This document shows, piece by piece, positions 10,177-20,359 of a stretch of 64,000 nucleotides of DNA (position 1 is the first letter of the stretch; the number at the start of each line of letters is the position of its first letter). The notes beneath the pieces were generated by a model. It saw only the letters and a list, made by a program, of their open reading frames with translations. It was not told where the DNA came from and did no database searches. The DNA comes from a virus (taxonomy: Duplodnaviria; Caudoviricetes). The position numbers and the translations under genes were made by a program. The stretch covers positions 28,658 to 92,657 of IMG/VR virus record IMGVR_UViG_2600255140_000004; one strand, written 5' to 3'.

Positions 10177-11001
10177 GTGGTTGATGTGAGAGCGATATTC
10201 AAATACCCAGGCAGCAAGTGGGGCATAGCCAGATGGATTATAAGCTTTTTCCCAGAGCACCACAGCTACCTTGAGCCTTTCGCAGGGAGCCTGGCGGTGC
10301 TGATGAACAAGGAGAGGAGCAACATAGAGACGGTCAATGACCTTGACGGGAACGTTGTCAACCTGTTTGAATGGATCCGCAGAGACCCGGAACGGCTGGC
10401 GCGGGAGATTTATTATACACCGTATGCCAGGCAAGTTTATGAGGATGCATTTTCAGCAGAGCCAGAAGACGGGTTCCGGAGGGCGGTAGATTTCTCCATC
10501 TGCCTGAACATGGGGCATGGATTCCGGACGAATGGGGAGAAGGTAGGATGGAAGAATGACGTGCGGGGGCGGGAGCGCGCCTATGCGGCGCAGGACTGGC
10601 GCAGCCTTCCGGAAAGGATCATGGAGGCCGCCGAACGGCTCCGGGGAGTGCAGATTGAGAACAGGCCGGCGGCAGAGCTTATAAAGCGGTTCAACTATGA
10701 GAATGTCCTGGTATACTGCGACCCTCCGTACATGCTGGAGACCCGGCACGGGAAGCAGTACCGGCATGAGATGGACGACAGAGACCACGAAGAGCTGCTG
10801 GAGGCAGTGCTGGGGCATAAGGGGAAGGTCATATTGAGCGGGTATGACACAGCGCTGTACAACAGCCGGCTAAAAGGCTGGCACAGGGAAGAGACGGACT
10901 GCCGCTCACAGGTCGGCAGCAGGAAGAGGGAAGTGCTGTGGATGAACTTCGAGCCAGCGCAGCAGATGACCTTACAGGACTATGGGGAGAAATTGGAATG
11001 A
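10177..11001 (+). CDS. DNA adenine methyltransferase (Dam/D12 class), orphan
   Basis: KYPGSKW, EPFAGS, DPPY. Confidence 0.92.
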   Translation: MVDVRAIFKYPGSKWGIARWIISFFPEHHSYLEPFAGSLAVLMNKERSNIETVNDLDGNVVNLFEWIRRDPERLAREIYYTPYARQVYEDAFSAEPEDGFRRAVDFSICLNMGHGFRTNGEKVGWKNDVRGRERAYAAQDWRSLPERIMEAAERLRGVQIENRPAAELIKRFNYENVLVYCDPPYMLETRHGKQYRHEMDDRDHEELLEAVLGHKGKVILSGYDTALYNSRLKGWHREETDCRSQVGSRKREVLWMNFEPAQQMTLQDYGEKLE

Positions 11002-11083
11002 AAAGGTTTTATTTTGAGGAAATGGAAGAAAGCGGGAATGCAGAAGGGCAAATGGGTTTTGAGGATTTCCCGGAGGTGATGCC

Positions 11084-12598
11084 ATGAAAGACGGACTGAT
11101 CATAGACTGTTTCGCCGGGGGCGGCGGGGCGAGCGTAGGCATAGAGATGGCATTAGGGAGGCAGGTGGACATAGCAGTCAACCATGACCCGGACGCCATC
11201 CGGATGCACAAAACGAACCACCCGGACACCCTGCACCTGACGGAAGACATCTTCAAGGTGGATTTGCAGAAATATGTAAAAGGCAGGCATGTGGCATTGA
11301 TGTGGGCGAGCCCGGACTGCACCAGCCACAGCAAGGCAAAGGGCGGGCAGCCCAGAAAGCGGGGGTTACGTATACTCCCATGGGCGGTATATAAGCATGC
11401 GAAAACGCTCCTCCCGGATGTGGTCATCATGGAGAATGTGGAGGAGATACAGCAGTGGGGCCCGCTTGACAGGGAGGGGCATCCCGTGCCGGAGCGGAAA
11501 GGGGAAGACTATAAGAAGTTCATTGCGGCGATGAAGTCGCTGGGATACGCATTTGACAGCCGGGAGCTTATAGCGGCGGACTATGGTGCGCCTACGACAC
11601 GCAAACGCTGGTATGCCGTCTTCCGCAGGGATGGCCAGGAAATTGCCTGGCCGGAGCCAACCCACAGCAAAGGCGGCATGGGCGGGCTGGAACCCTGGGA
11701 GCCAATCTGCAGCTATCTGGACTTGCAGGACTTGGGGAAGTCCATCTTTGGGCGCAAGAGACCGCTGGTGGAGAATACCATGCGGCGGATTGCTCGGGGG
11801 CTGGAAAAGTTCGTGTTCAACTGCCCAGAGCCGTTCATCATCAAAGTGACGCACGGTCATGACCAGTTCCGGGGGCATTCCATACATGACCCATTGCAGA
11901 CCATAACATCAAAGAATGATGTCGCGCTGGTGACTCCGTTGTTAATCCAGTACCACTCCGAGACCACGAAAAATGGTGTCAGGGGGCAGCAGGCCACAGA
12001 GCCGCTGCAGACGATCGATACGAGCAACCGCTATGGGCTTGTAACATCATATGTGACAAAGTTCTATAAAAGCGGAACGGGGCAGAGCCTTAAGGAGCCG
12101 ATACATACCATCACCACTTCGCCGGGGCATTTCGGAACAGTGTCCGTCTTGGCGGTTGGATGCGAGGAGCTGAAAGAATCCGGGATTGATGCGGACATGG
12201 CGCAGAGATGCATCTGGGTAAGCCAGTTTATCATGGAGTATTATGGATGCGGAACGGGGCAGAGCCTTAAGGAACCCCTGCATACAGTAGTGACGAAGGA
12301 TAGGTTCGCGCTCATTACGGTTCTGGGGAATGAATATGTAATACTGGACATCTTCCTGCGGATGCTGACCCCAGAGGAGCTGAAACTGGGGCAGGGATTC
12401 CCAAGGGATTATATCATTGACCGGGATTACAAGGGTAACAAGTACCCGGTCAGCAAGCAGGTGGCGCGGATCGGGAACAGTGTGGTGCCGGTCATGGCGC
12501 AAAAGTTGGTGGAGTGTAACTGCGGATACTTGAAAGCCGGGGAGCGGATGCCGAACATGAGGATAGATTACAGCGGAGGGCAGTTGAGGTTTGCATGA
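11084..12598 (+). CDS. DNA cytosine-5 methyltransferase, orphan
   Basis: DCFAGGGG, SPDC, ENV, RKRWY, IGNSV; internal EP(L/I)xT(I/V) repeats. Confidence 0.92.
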   Translation: MKDGLIIDCFAGGGGASVGIEMALGRQVDIAVNHDPDAIRMHKTNHPDTLHLTEDIFKVDLQKYVKGRHVALMWASPDCTSHSKAKGGQPRKRGLRILPWAVYKHAKTLLPDVVIMENVEEIQQWGPLDREGHPVPERKGEDYKKFIAAMKSLGYAFDSRELIAADYGAPTTRKRWYAVFRRDGQEIAWPEPTHSKGGMGGLEPWEPICSYLDLQDLGKSIFGRKRPLVENTMRRIARGLEKFVFNCPEPFIIKVTHGHDQFRGHSIHDPLQTITSKNDVALVTPLLIQYHSETTKNGVRGQQATEPLQTIDTSNRYGLVTSYVTKFYKSGTGQSLKEPIHTITTSPGHFGTVSVLAVGCEELKESGIDADMAQRCIWVSQFIMEYYGCGTGQSLKEPLHTVVTKDRFALITVLGNEYVILDIFLRMLTPEELKLGQGFPRDYIIDRDYKGNKYPVSKQVARIGNSVVPVMAQKLVECNCGYLKAGERMPNMRIDYSGGQLRFA

Positions 12599-12649
12599 TG
12601 GAGCAGATGAATATTCAGATATGTGTTTTAGCTTGAAAAAAACAAAAAA

Positions 12650-12723
12650 TGGAAGCAATGGGGCTCGAACCCATGACCTCTCGCGTGTGAGGCGAACGCT
12701 CATCCCGGCTGAGCTATGCTTCC
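12650..12723 (-). tRNA. tRNA-Val (anticodon CAC)
   Basis: GGAAGCA/TGCTTCC acceptor stem, TAGCTCAG D arm, CT-CAC-AC loop, GGTTCGAGCCC T arm; CCA not encoded. Confidence 0.93.
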
Positions 12724-12732
12724 ATACCTGTA

Positions 12733-12760
12733 ATTATAGCACTATGCGCCGGGATTGCAA
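12733..12760 (-). promoter_or_regulatory. SigA promoter of the tRNA
   Basis: TTGCAA-N16-TATAAT with extended TG. Confidence 0.75.
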
Positions 12761-12788
12761 GAGGTTTGGAAAATTAGTGGAGGGAAAT

Positions 12789-13176
12789 ATGGAAAGAGAA
12801 ATAGAGAAAGATTTAATACAGATTGAAAGCGCTATAAAGAGCCAGACAGAAAAAGATAATATGTTTACGGTGGCGGTCTTGCAGAGATGCTACAGGCTGG
12901 TATCAGAATTGAAGGAATACAAGGGCTTAGAAGAACAAGGGAAACTGCTGAAACTGCCCTGTGCGGTGGGGGGATGCAGCATACCGGGTAAATATAGCAA
13001 TGAGGGTACAGGATATCAAGGTGTTTGAAACAGGAGGGACCTTGTCGATGAAGATAGGATGCGTTGAAGACATCTATGGCGGGGAATGCATCTACCTGGC
13101 TGGCGAGATTGGGGGAATGGTTTTCCTCACTCGTGAAGATGCAGAAACCGCATTGAAAGGAGAGGATGAAGAATGA
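12789..13176 (+). pseudogene. Phage hypothetical protein frameshifted at a G6 run
   Basis: LKLPCAVG|DAAY joins in frame if G6 at 12968-12973 is G5. Confidence 0.6.
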
Positions 13177-13553
13177 GGGAAATATTGTTCAGGGCAAAGA
13201 GGAGCGATAACGGAGAATGGGTGGAAGGACTCTTGATACGTTGCGTTGTCGGGGAAATCCATATACAGAGGGTTGAGGACAACCTTTCCACAACCACGCA
13301 TAAGGTAAACCCTGAGACGGTCTGCCAGTATACAGGATTGACTGACAAGGAGGGGAGGAAGATTTTTGAGGGGGATATCCTGAAACTGGAAGACTACCAC
13401 GGGCAAAGGATGGTCCGTGTGTTTTACGGGGATTGCGGTTCCTGGTGTTACGGCGGTGACGGATTCTCTGATGAATACATATGGAATGGCAGCGGGAAGG
13501 AGGCTATCGGAAATATCTTTGATGAAATTTTCCCGATAACTGGTAAGAGCTAG
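13173..13553 (+). CDS. YopX family protein
   Basis: MREILFRAKR, QYTGLTDKEGRKIFEGDIL, IGNIFD. Confidence 0.88.
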   Translation: MREILFRAKRSDNGEWVEGLLIRCVVGEIHIQRVEDNLSTTTHKVNPETVCQYTGLTDKEGRKIFEGDILKLEDYHGQRMVRVFYGDCGSWCYGGDGFSDEYIWNGSGKEAIGNIFDEIFPITGKS

Positions 13554-13865
13554 CATGACTTTTCAAGGCCTTCCCGTTTTTGGAACCGGGTTCCGGTTTG
13601 TAACAAGCATAGGAACACATAAATTGGGATTCTGGCATATAACTGCAAAACGTGCCACATGTCCTTTAAAAGGCCGTGATGTTTGCAATGCATTATGGCG
13701 CAATCATGAGGGCATAGTTTTGCTCCACAAAACAGGCATCATATCGTTTTTGGCTATACTATTGGAGGATTTAGGAATAAAGACCATATTCATAAATGAT
13801 AGGAACATTAAGAAGTATCCCTTGTGGGGAACGGACAATGTCTAACATGCATAGGAGGTAGGAAG

Positions 13866-14111
13866 ATGGGCACAAAGACAACTTTAAATGATCTGAATGA
13901 ATATCTGTTCCAGGAGATGGACCGGCTCACGAATGAGGACTTATCCGCGGAGGAGCTGGATAAGGAGATCAAACGCAGTGATGCCTTGCAGAAGGTAGCC
14001 AAAACGATAATTGACAATGGAACCCTTGCATTGCAGGCAAAGAAACATTTGGATGAATACGGGCAGGGAGACAGGGTGGAGATTCCCCTGCTTGGAGTTA
14101 CGGATAAATGA
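13866..14111 (+). CDS. Phage hypothetical protein
   Basis: TLNDLNEYLFQEMDRL..EIKRS, usually upstream of HNH genes. Confidence 0.7.
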   Translation: MGTKTTLNDLNEYLFQEMDRLTNEDLSAEELDKEIKRSDALQKVAKTIIDNGTLALQAKKHLDEYGQGDRVEIPLLGVTDK

Positions 14112-14182
14112 CTGGCTGAGGAGAATAAGGCACTTCGGGAAACGGTACGGAATTTGCATAAAAGGGTCAAAAAACTGGAGGA

Positions 14183-14806
14183 TTGGGATTGATGTCTGGA
14201 CACCGCTATACAGCAGAAGAACAAAAGTTTATGGAAGAATATGTTCCAGGGCACAGCTATAAAGAAATCCAAAAAGCGTTCACGGAGAAATTCGGGTGGG
14301 GGATTTCCCTTGGACAGGTCAATGCCTATATAGGGAACCATCATCTGAATACAGGGCGGACGGGGCGGTTCCCCAAAGGGCATGAGCCTGTGAATAAAGG
14401 GAAGAAAGGAACTTGTGCTGCAGGATGCGAAAGGACCTGGTTCAAAAAAGGGCATGTGCCGGCAGGGCACAGGCCGGTAGGCAGTGAACGGGTAAACGTG
14501 GACGGGTACATTGAAATCAAAGTGGCAGAACCCAACATATGGAAACTAAAGCATAGGGTCGTGTGGGAATCGGCAAACGGCAGGATACCAAAGGGCTGCA
14601 TTATCCTATTCCGTGATAATGATAAGACAAATACGGAAATAGACAACCTGTTGCTTGTCAGGCGTAGCACACACGCGGTATTGAACCATACCGGCCTTAG
14701 CGGGTACAGCGGGGAACTTAAAAACACGGCCATTCGCCTTGCGGAACTGAAAGAGGCCACTTCCAAGGCAAGGAAACGGAATGGAGGGGGAGGGCATGAC
14801 AGTTAA
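14183..14806 (+). CDS. HNH endonuclease (HNH_3-like)
   Basis: FKKGHVP, KHRVVWE, DNDKTNTEIDNL. Confidence 0.8.
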   Translation: MGLMSGHRYTAEEQKFMEEYVPGHSYKEIQKAFTEKFGWGISLGQVNAYIGNHHLNTGRTGRFPKGHEPVNKGKKGTCAAGCERTWFKKGHVPAGHRPVGSERVNVDGYIEIKVAEPNIWKLKHRVVWESANGRIPKGCIILFRDNDKTNTEIDNLLLVRRSTHAVLNHTGLSGYSGELKNTAIRLAELKEATSKARKRNGGGGHDS

Positions 14807-15005
14807 TGTCGTTGTAATAACAGAACAAAGCTATACGGTCGAGATTGACGAGCCGGAAGGCATGGAAGATGAAATATTCCAGGAATTGTCCTGCGAGCCA
14901 TGCATGGATGACATTATGGATGTGGAATCATTCCTTGACGATAAAGGACTGGATTACAGTATGGCAGCAGGGGAAAGCGATTCAAGAATAGAAATATGGA
15001 GATGA
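14781..15005 (+). CDS. Acidic hypothetical protein
   Basis: ORF with RBS, coupled to neighbours. Confidence 0.55.
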   Translation: MEGEGMTVNVVVITEQSYTVEIDEPEGMEDEIFQELSCEPCMDDIMDVESFLDDKGLDYSMAAGESDSRIEIWR

Positions 15006-15110
15006 AGATAAGAATGCGGCTGATTGATGCAGACAGGATTAAACAAAGTGTAACAAATCCTTTGGATTGGGCAGGTATTGGGCGAAGAAGAAAATAAAGG
15101 AGATGGGAGA

Positions 15111-15314
15111 ATGAACAATAATATAAGCTGGCTTACAACAGTTCCTGCAACGGATATAAATTTTAAGAGTCACTTGCAGCATGCGACGGTTGAGGAGATT
15201 AAAGAGGCACTCTTTGTTTTGGCTGAGAAAGAAGAAAAGGGAAACAAATCACGGGTTACGGCTTTATCAAGGGAACTGCGGAAAAGGGAGAGAGCCGAAA
15301 GCAAGGAAAAATAA
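15111..15314 (+). CDS. Hypothetical protein
   Basis: ORF with purine-rich RBS. Confidence 0.6.
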   Translation: MNNNISWLTTVPATDINFKSHLQHATVEEIKEALFVLAEKEEKGNKSRVTALSRELRKRERAESKEK

Positions 15315-15333
15315 AATGGAAAGGTAGGAGAAT

Positions 15334-15612
15334 ATGAAAGTAAATGGAATTATTCGTAGAGTTGATGATTTGGGAAGAGTCACAATTCCAAAAGAGGTAA
15401 GAAGAAAATTCAGTATTACAGATGGTACTCCGATGGAGATATTTACTAATTCTGACGGAATAATTTTAAGGAAATACAGCGCAGGGGAAGAATTGCTGAA
15501 TATGGTTTCTGTTTTGGCAGAGGCTGTTGATGATTCTGTTGATGATTTAGAAAGAGAAAAGGTATCTGCAATTCGTGAACATATCAAAGAGATAAGAAAT
15601 GTCTTGAAATAG
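15334..15612 (+). CDS. AbrB/SpoVT-family DNA-binding protein
   Basis: GIIRRVDDLGRVTIPKEVRR. Confidence 0.9.
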   Translation: MKVNGIIRRVDDLGRVTIPKEVRRKFSITDGTPMEIFTNSDGIILRKYSAGEELLNMVSVLAEAVDDSVDDLEREKVSAIREHIKEIRNVLK

Positions 15613-15618
15613 GGGATT

Positions 15619-16362
15619 GTGGAGGGAAATATGAAGAACATAAATCTTTATCAGGAAATGAACGATAAAATCGCAGATTTGCTTTTAGGTTGTGAGGATA
15701 ATGGAATGTGCCTTTATGCCGGAGCATACATAAAGAGCCTTGAAGAACAGATTGAAAAATATAAAGACTTAGAGGAAAAGGGAAAGCTGCTGGAATTGGA
15801 CAGTCATGAGGACAAAGGAAAAACAACATTAATTGATAAAGAGCTGGTAAAGGCATTAAGATGCTTGTCCAGTCAGGATGGAAACGGAGATTGCCATATA
15901 GAGCATCACAATGTCATGCATATGAATGGCGGTACTCCTGAGATATATTGCGGAAACGAGCCGCATGATGGAAGAATCCAATGCCCATATTACCAAAACA
16001 AATATGATGTATGCTTTGAGGATGGAGAGTGCTGTGAATGGCTTAGGGCGGCCGCGGATAAATTAGAGAAAATGTCCGGGCGGTTAGACGAACTGGAGGG
16101 GCGTAAAGAAGATATTAAATGGCTGGAATGGGAAAACGGAAAGGAATGGGGAGAGATAGAGTGCCCTATGTTAGGCGGCAAAAGCGTCATGACGTACTAT
16201 CCGGAAGGAGCTCCATGCTATTACTCCTATACGGCGCCCTTCGTAAGCGACGGGGATACCTGCTATTACAGATATGACCATGACGAGGGCTGCTGGGATG
16301 GGGATACATTATTCTGCATGGGTGAATATAAGGAGGGCGCAGTAATTAAATTCAGTGAATGA
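15619..16362 (+). CDS. Mosaic phage hypothetical protein
   Basis: Shares YKxLEExGKLLxL segment with the 12789 gene. Confidence 0.6.
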   Translation: MEGNMKNINLYQEMNDKIADLLLGCEDNGMCLYAGAYIKSLEEQIEKYKDLEEKGKLLELDSHEDKGKTTLIDKELVKALRCLSSQDGNGDCHIEHHNVMHMNGGTPEIYCGNEPHDGRIQCPYYQNKYDVCFEDGECCEWLRAAADKLEKMSGRLDELEGRKEDIKWLEWENGKEWGEIECPMLGGKSVMTYYPEGAPCYYSYTAPFVSDGDTCYYRYDHDEGCWDGDTLFCMGEYKEGAVIKFSE

Positions 16363-16422
16363 GAGGAGAAGCGGAAGCCGCATTGGAGAGGCAGCAGGAA
16401 ACAGAATGGGAGAAAGCAAAAA

Positions 16423-16815
16423 GTGAGAAGAAAACTAACCAAGACAGAAAGAAAGATTGTATACGATAAATGCAGCGGACATTGTGCGTACTGCGGATGT
16501 GAGATTCCTTTTAAAGGCTTTCATGTAGATCATGTGCGCTGCATGAGAAACTTTGAGTATATGGACGAAAGCATTGATACAGTTGAAAATATGCTCCCAT
16601 CCTGCGGTAGCTGTAACCGGTATAAATCAACCTATGACTTGGAAACCTTCCGTAAAATGCTCTCTGGCATACCTCAGAGGCTTGCGAGGGATGTCAGCAC
16701 ATATAATATTGCGATAAGGTATGGAATGGTGGAAGAACACCACGAGCCGATACGGTTTTACTTTGAAAAGATACAAGCGATGGCCAGAGAAGTGGAAAGG
16801 AGTAAGGGAAAATGA
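16423..16815 (+). CDS. HNH endonuclease
   Basis: CAYCG, HVDH, NMLPSCGSCNRYK. Confidence 0.85.
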   Translation: MRRKLTKTERKIVYDKCSGHCAYCGCEIPFKGFHVDHVRCMRNFEYMDESIDTVENMLPSCGSCNRYKSTYDLETFRKMLSGIPQRLARDVSTYNIAIRYGMVEEHHEPIRFYFEKIQAMAREVERSKGK

Positions 16816-17360
16816 GAGAAATATTTGACAATCCCGACCTAATATGGAGAACAGCCATGACACAATACCAATGGTTACTCTGCCCATCCGCGGAGGAAAA
16901 CCCGAACAAAAATCAGATCAGACATGGAGGCGAAAACCTGCCGATTTTGTGTCGTTTGTACAAGAATGAGGCTGTGGTGGATATTAAGAATATGGAAGTT
17001 AAAAAGCAGAGGTATAGTATGGGTTGGAATGCTGGATATACAATTATGGAAAATACGGTTGTCACTTTGTATGACAGTGGAATGCTTACAAGTGACCTTT
17101 TGAATGAAATCATGGAGCCGTACAAGGGGACTGACTGTGATTCTGGTGGTTCACATGATTTGAAAGCGAAGGATGGTTTAGGTGTCGAAGAAATTATCTG
17201 CAAGACCATGAAACCGGAAGAATACAAAGAAACGGTTGAAAATCCCAAGTGGTATGAGGGAGAAGAACCAGAAACGGAATACCATGATAAATGGCGTTCT
17301 AATGAAAAGGCTTATAATTTATTTTCTTCCATATGGCGTGATATATGGGGGATATGGTAA
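16812..17360 (+). CDS. Hypothetical protein (5' end includes a collapsed YopX remnant)
   Basis: 182-aa ORF starting MREIFDNPDL. Confidence 0.5.
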   Translation: MREIFDNPDLIWRTAMTQYQWLLCPSAEENPNKNQIRHGGENLPILCRLYKNEAVVDIKNMEVKKQRYSMGWNAGYTIMENTVVTLYDSGMLTSDLLNEIMEPYKGTDCDSGGSHDLKAKDGLGVEEIICKTMKPEEYKETVENPKWYEGEEPETEYHDKWRSNEKAYNLFSSIWRDIWGIW

Positions 17361-17746
17361 GTAAGACGGTGGTCGAATGTTGATATGGGGGAATGTTCAA
17401 AGTTGAATTTTCCAAAGGAGGAAAAGCAGTCATTAAATGTTGCGGAAAAATTTTTGACAAAAGGGAACCAGATGCTGTTATAGCTATTCAAAGAAATGCT
17501 GTAGTGGAATGGCGGCAATAGAATTTATGGAAAGCCTTGCAGATGTGATTGACGAAGAGGTAAGGATGCCGGAGTTTTGTGAGGAATATTACTGTCCGAA
17601 CTGTGGAACACGGTATTTGTAGGGGAGATGCGCCAGCAGGGATAAAGCAGTAGCTAAAAAATATCATGTTGAGAATGTAGCGGAAACATACCCGTGCCTC
17701 CTAATTAAGGAAATGGGTAAGAAACTTGACAAAGAAAGGAGTTTTT

Positions 17747-18796
17747 ATGGACAAGAAAGAAATAAGTGAAATTAAGAAACAGTTTAAATTGGAAAACAAT
17801 AGCGTGATACGGATCGCGTCGTGCCATGTGTCACAGGATGGATGCAGCATCCAGCCGCCGACAGAATTTTTGAGGTTAACGGAAGACAGCGAGTCCAGAT
17901 ATCTTGCTCTTTTCTGCAAAGCTCTTTCCGGGAAAATTGGGAATACGTTATTTAATATGGAATTCCCTCCCAAGGACGGGGCGGAGGATGCTTTATACAG
18001 GCTGCGTGATGGGCACCTGAAAGAGCAGGCATACGTGGAAGAGTTTTTTGGTATGGTGGCAAACAGCTATCAATGCGACGAAGATTATACGGTTATCCTT
18101 GCATATGGTTGCTATGATGCCCCGTCTGCCGACCCGTTTGAGTACATCCTTTGCTGCATGTGTCCTGTTCGCCCGTCTAAGCCAGGGCTGTCTTATGATT
18201 CACAGAATGCCTCCCTCAAGATCCGGGATAAGGAACTGTGGGTAAGCCCGCCGGCGGATGCATTCCTGTACCCGGCGTTCAATGACCGGAAAGAAGATCT
18301 GCATGGACTTCTCTATTTTTCTAAAAAGGGCGCGCAGGAAGAATTCCTGCGGCGGCTTGTAGGCAAGAACCGTCCGTTGTCGGAGAAAGAAGAGCGGGAG
18401 TGGATTTCAGGCACACTGGCAGATATCACTGATGGAGCCTGTACCTTTACACAGGTCCGTGCTGTCCAGGAGTTGGCAGAAGAATGGATGGGCGAGGATG
18501 GAGCGCGGCAGGTTGGAAAAAAGGAGCTGGAATATATGCTTGAGGAGGCGGGATTCAGTGAAGAACAGGTGGATGCGTTTGACCAGGAATATGACAGGAA
18601 GTGTGCTGGAACGTCCCTGTCGCTGTCAAGCCTGGCTGATGAAAATGCGGTTGTCGTGAAAACAGGCGGCCTGCATATAAAGGCAGAAAACGGTACGGAT
18701 ATCCAAACAAAGACCGTAGACGGCAGGCTGTGTATCGTTATCCCCGTGGGCACGGGCATTGCAGAGGTCAATGGTATGGCATGTAAGCTCGGTTAA
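17747..18796 (+). CDS. DUF4317-like protein
   Basis: MDKKEISEIKKQF, KALSGKIGNTL, FLYPAFNDR. Confidence 0.75.
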   Translation: MDKKEISEIKKQFKLENNSVIRIASCHVSQDGCSIQPPTEFLRLTEDSESRYLALFCKALSGKIGNTLFNMEFPPKDGAEDALYRLRDGHLKEQAYVEEFFGMVANSYQCDEDYTVILAYGCYDAPSADPFEYILCCMCPVRPSKPGLSYDSQNASLKIRDKELWVSPPADAFLYPAFNDRKEDLHGLLYFSKKGAQEEFLRRLVGKNRPLSEKEEREWISGTLADITDGACTFTQVRAVQELAEEWMGEDGARQVGKKELEYMLEEAGFSEEQVDAFDQEYDRKCAGTSLSLSSLADENAVVVKTGGLHIKAENGTDIQTKTVDGRLCIVIPVGTGIAEVNGMACKLG

Positions 18797-18888
18797 TGCC
18801 CTTTTGAGCATCTAAAAGAGGACGCATTATAGAAATAGTGAGGGAGTCCATAGGCAGAGGCGTGGACTCCTGTAAAATGATAGGGATC

Positions 18889-19288
18889 CTAACTGGATTG
18901 CCCAGTGGCTAGGTCAAAATATTTCCAAATGCATTTTGCATCGTCTTCCGATTTTGAAAACAGGTAGGGTTCCCGTTTGTCGTTGAATACTAAAAGGGTG
19001 TCGTCAAATTGATACATATGATACCGGTTCCCCCTTCGGAAAATATATTTTTGGCCAGTATCAAATATGTTGTGGATGCATTTGATATCCATATGTTCCA
19101 GGATTGGGCTCCCCTTCCGTATTTGCCGTTCTAAAACGCACATCCAATACGTGCAGCTGGCGCGGTATGGATTGCTGTGTGCAGCGCCGGATTGCCGCTC
19201 CTGATCCATGTAAGCAAGCAGCTGCCTTAACTCTTCATCAGTATATTCCCGTAGTTCTGTCAAAGTCATATTATATATAGGATTCATA
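18889..19288 (-). CDS. Hypothetical protein
   Basis: ORF with AGAGGGG RBS and extended -10 upstream. Confidence 0.6.
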
Positions 19289-19531
19289 GTTTCCCCTCTG
19301 GTATTAATAAGTAGGATATATTTTAGCACAACCGTAACGCCCCATCAACAGATTGTTGGCGACCGTAGGTGACTTCAGGGGGATTGTGCTGGAAGAAAGC
19401 AAAAAGAGCGGCGCTGATGCCGCTTTTTTGCATGGAACCGCTGGAATATGAGGCGCTTTCCAAATGTTCCTGTTCTATTGTAGCAGGAAGAGCTTTGGCA
19501 CACAAGGAGGTATTTCTGTTTTCCAAAAACC

Positions 19532-19544
19532 CATATTAAGGATG
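19532..19544 (+). promoter_or_regulatory. First of ~20 CAWATT-N6-R promoter-like motifs of the large element
   Basis: Same motif found upstream of genes at 20472, 21632, 25698(-), 28985, 31755, 33721, 34748, 35911, 36478, 39239, 42591, 43692, 44618, 45335, 45958, 47447, 50477, 55064(-), 55139. Confidence 0.7.
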
Positions 19545-19568
19545 ATTCCAATGGAGGGGGAAGGGGAA

Positions 19569-20261
19569 GTGAAAAAAATTTTGCCTATCATATTGCTGGT
19601 CATAACTACAATCACTACTACTGGGAACAAGGCAGATAGCAGAGCGCCTGATCCACCCGGAGAAAAAGTGCTGTATGGGCGGGTGTATGAACGTGTAGGC
19701 GAGACGGTTTCTGGAGCGGGCATCTATTCCAATCCTGAGAATAACCGGGCAAAGCACTATGTCCTTGCAGCTATCGAAGATGCGGGGCTCCACGATGGGA
19801 TGAGTGACTTTGAAAAAGCATGCGCGGTCAATGCGTATCTGGTGGACGAGCTTTCTTATGCGGATTATGCGACAGTGGAGGGGTATCCATATAAAGAAGA
19901 CTATGTGCCGTTCACGGACTACTGCTTGCTTTCGGACCATGCGGTATGTGCCGGGTATGCGGAAGCGTTCCAGTCCATGTGCTGTGCGCTGGGGATTGAA
20001 TGCTGGTATGTGACCGGATATGTCAGCAAAAGAGGGGAAATCTGTTATCACGCATGGAACTGCGTTGTGATCGGAGGCATGAGATATTATATGGATCCGT
20101 GCCTCAATGACGGATCAGATAATGCTTTCTGCATGTCCGAAACACTGTGGGCGACCCATGCAGTAGAGAAGGAGCACGAGATTTTCCGGATCAGCGGGCA
20201 GCGGCTGCCGTTCCCGGATTTGGTTCAGGAAAGACACCTGTCCGGGTGTGTGGTATACTGA
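19569..20261 (+). CDS. Secreted transglutaminase-like cysteine protease
   Basis: Signal peptide; VCAGYA, HAWN, YMDP catalytic triad. Confidence 0.85.
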   Translation: MKKILPIILLVITTITTTGNKADSRAPDPPGEKVLYGRVYERVGETVSGAGIYSNPENNRAKHYVLAAIEDAGLHDGMSDFEKACAVNAYLVDELSYADYATVEGYPYKEDYVPFTDYCLLSDHAVCAGYAEAFQSMCCALGIECWYVTGYVSKRGEICYHAWNCVVIGGMRYYMDPCLNDGSDNAFCMSETLWATHAVEKEHEIFRISGQRLPFPDLVQERHLSGCVVY

Positions 20262-20265
20262 CGCC

Positions 20266-20346
20266 AGAGTTAAGGACGGACGGGCGGTAAGCCCTTTACG
20301 ATAGATTTTTCCTCCTATCAGGAGCCGTAGGAAAGCCTGCGGCTCT
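20266..20346 (+). ncRNA. Candidate anti-RBS sRNA, unit 1
   Basis: TG-N-TATACT at 20251-20259; GGGC/GCCC hairpin, TTTTTCCTCCTAT seed, strong 3' hairpin. Confidence 0.5.
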
Positions 20347-20359
20347 GGATATTGACGAG

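Noticed and set aside
12650-12723. tRNA as the integration site
   Set aside because: No duplicated 3' end in the window, no adjacent integrase, same gene type on both sides
12047-13028. ORFs 12047-12703(-) and the 5' extension of 12591-13028(+)
   Set aside because: They overlap the tRNA and the MTase; shadow ORFs
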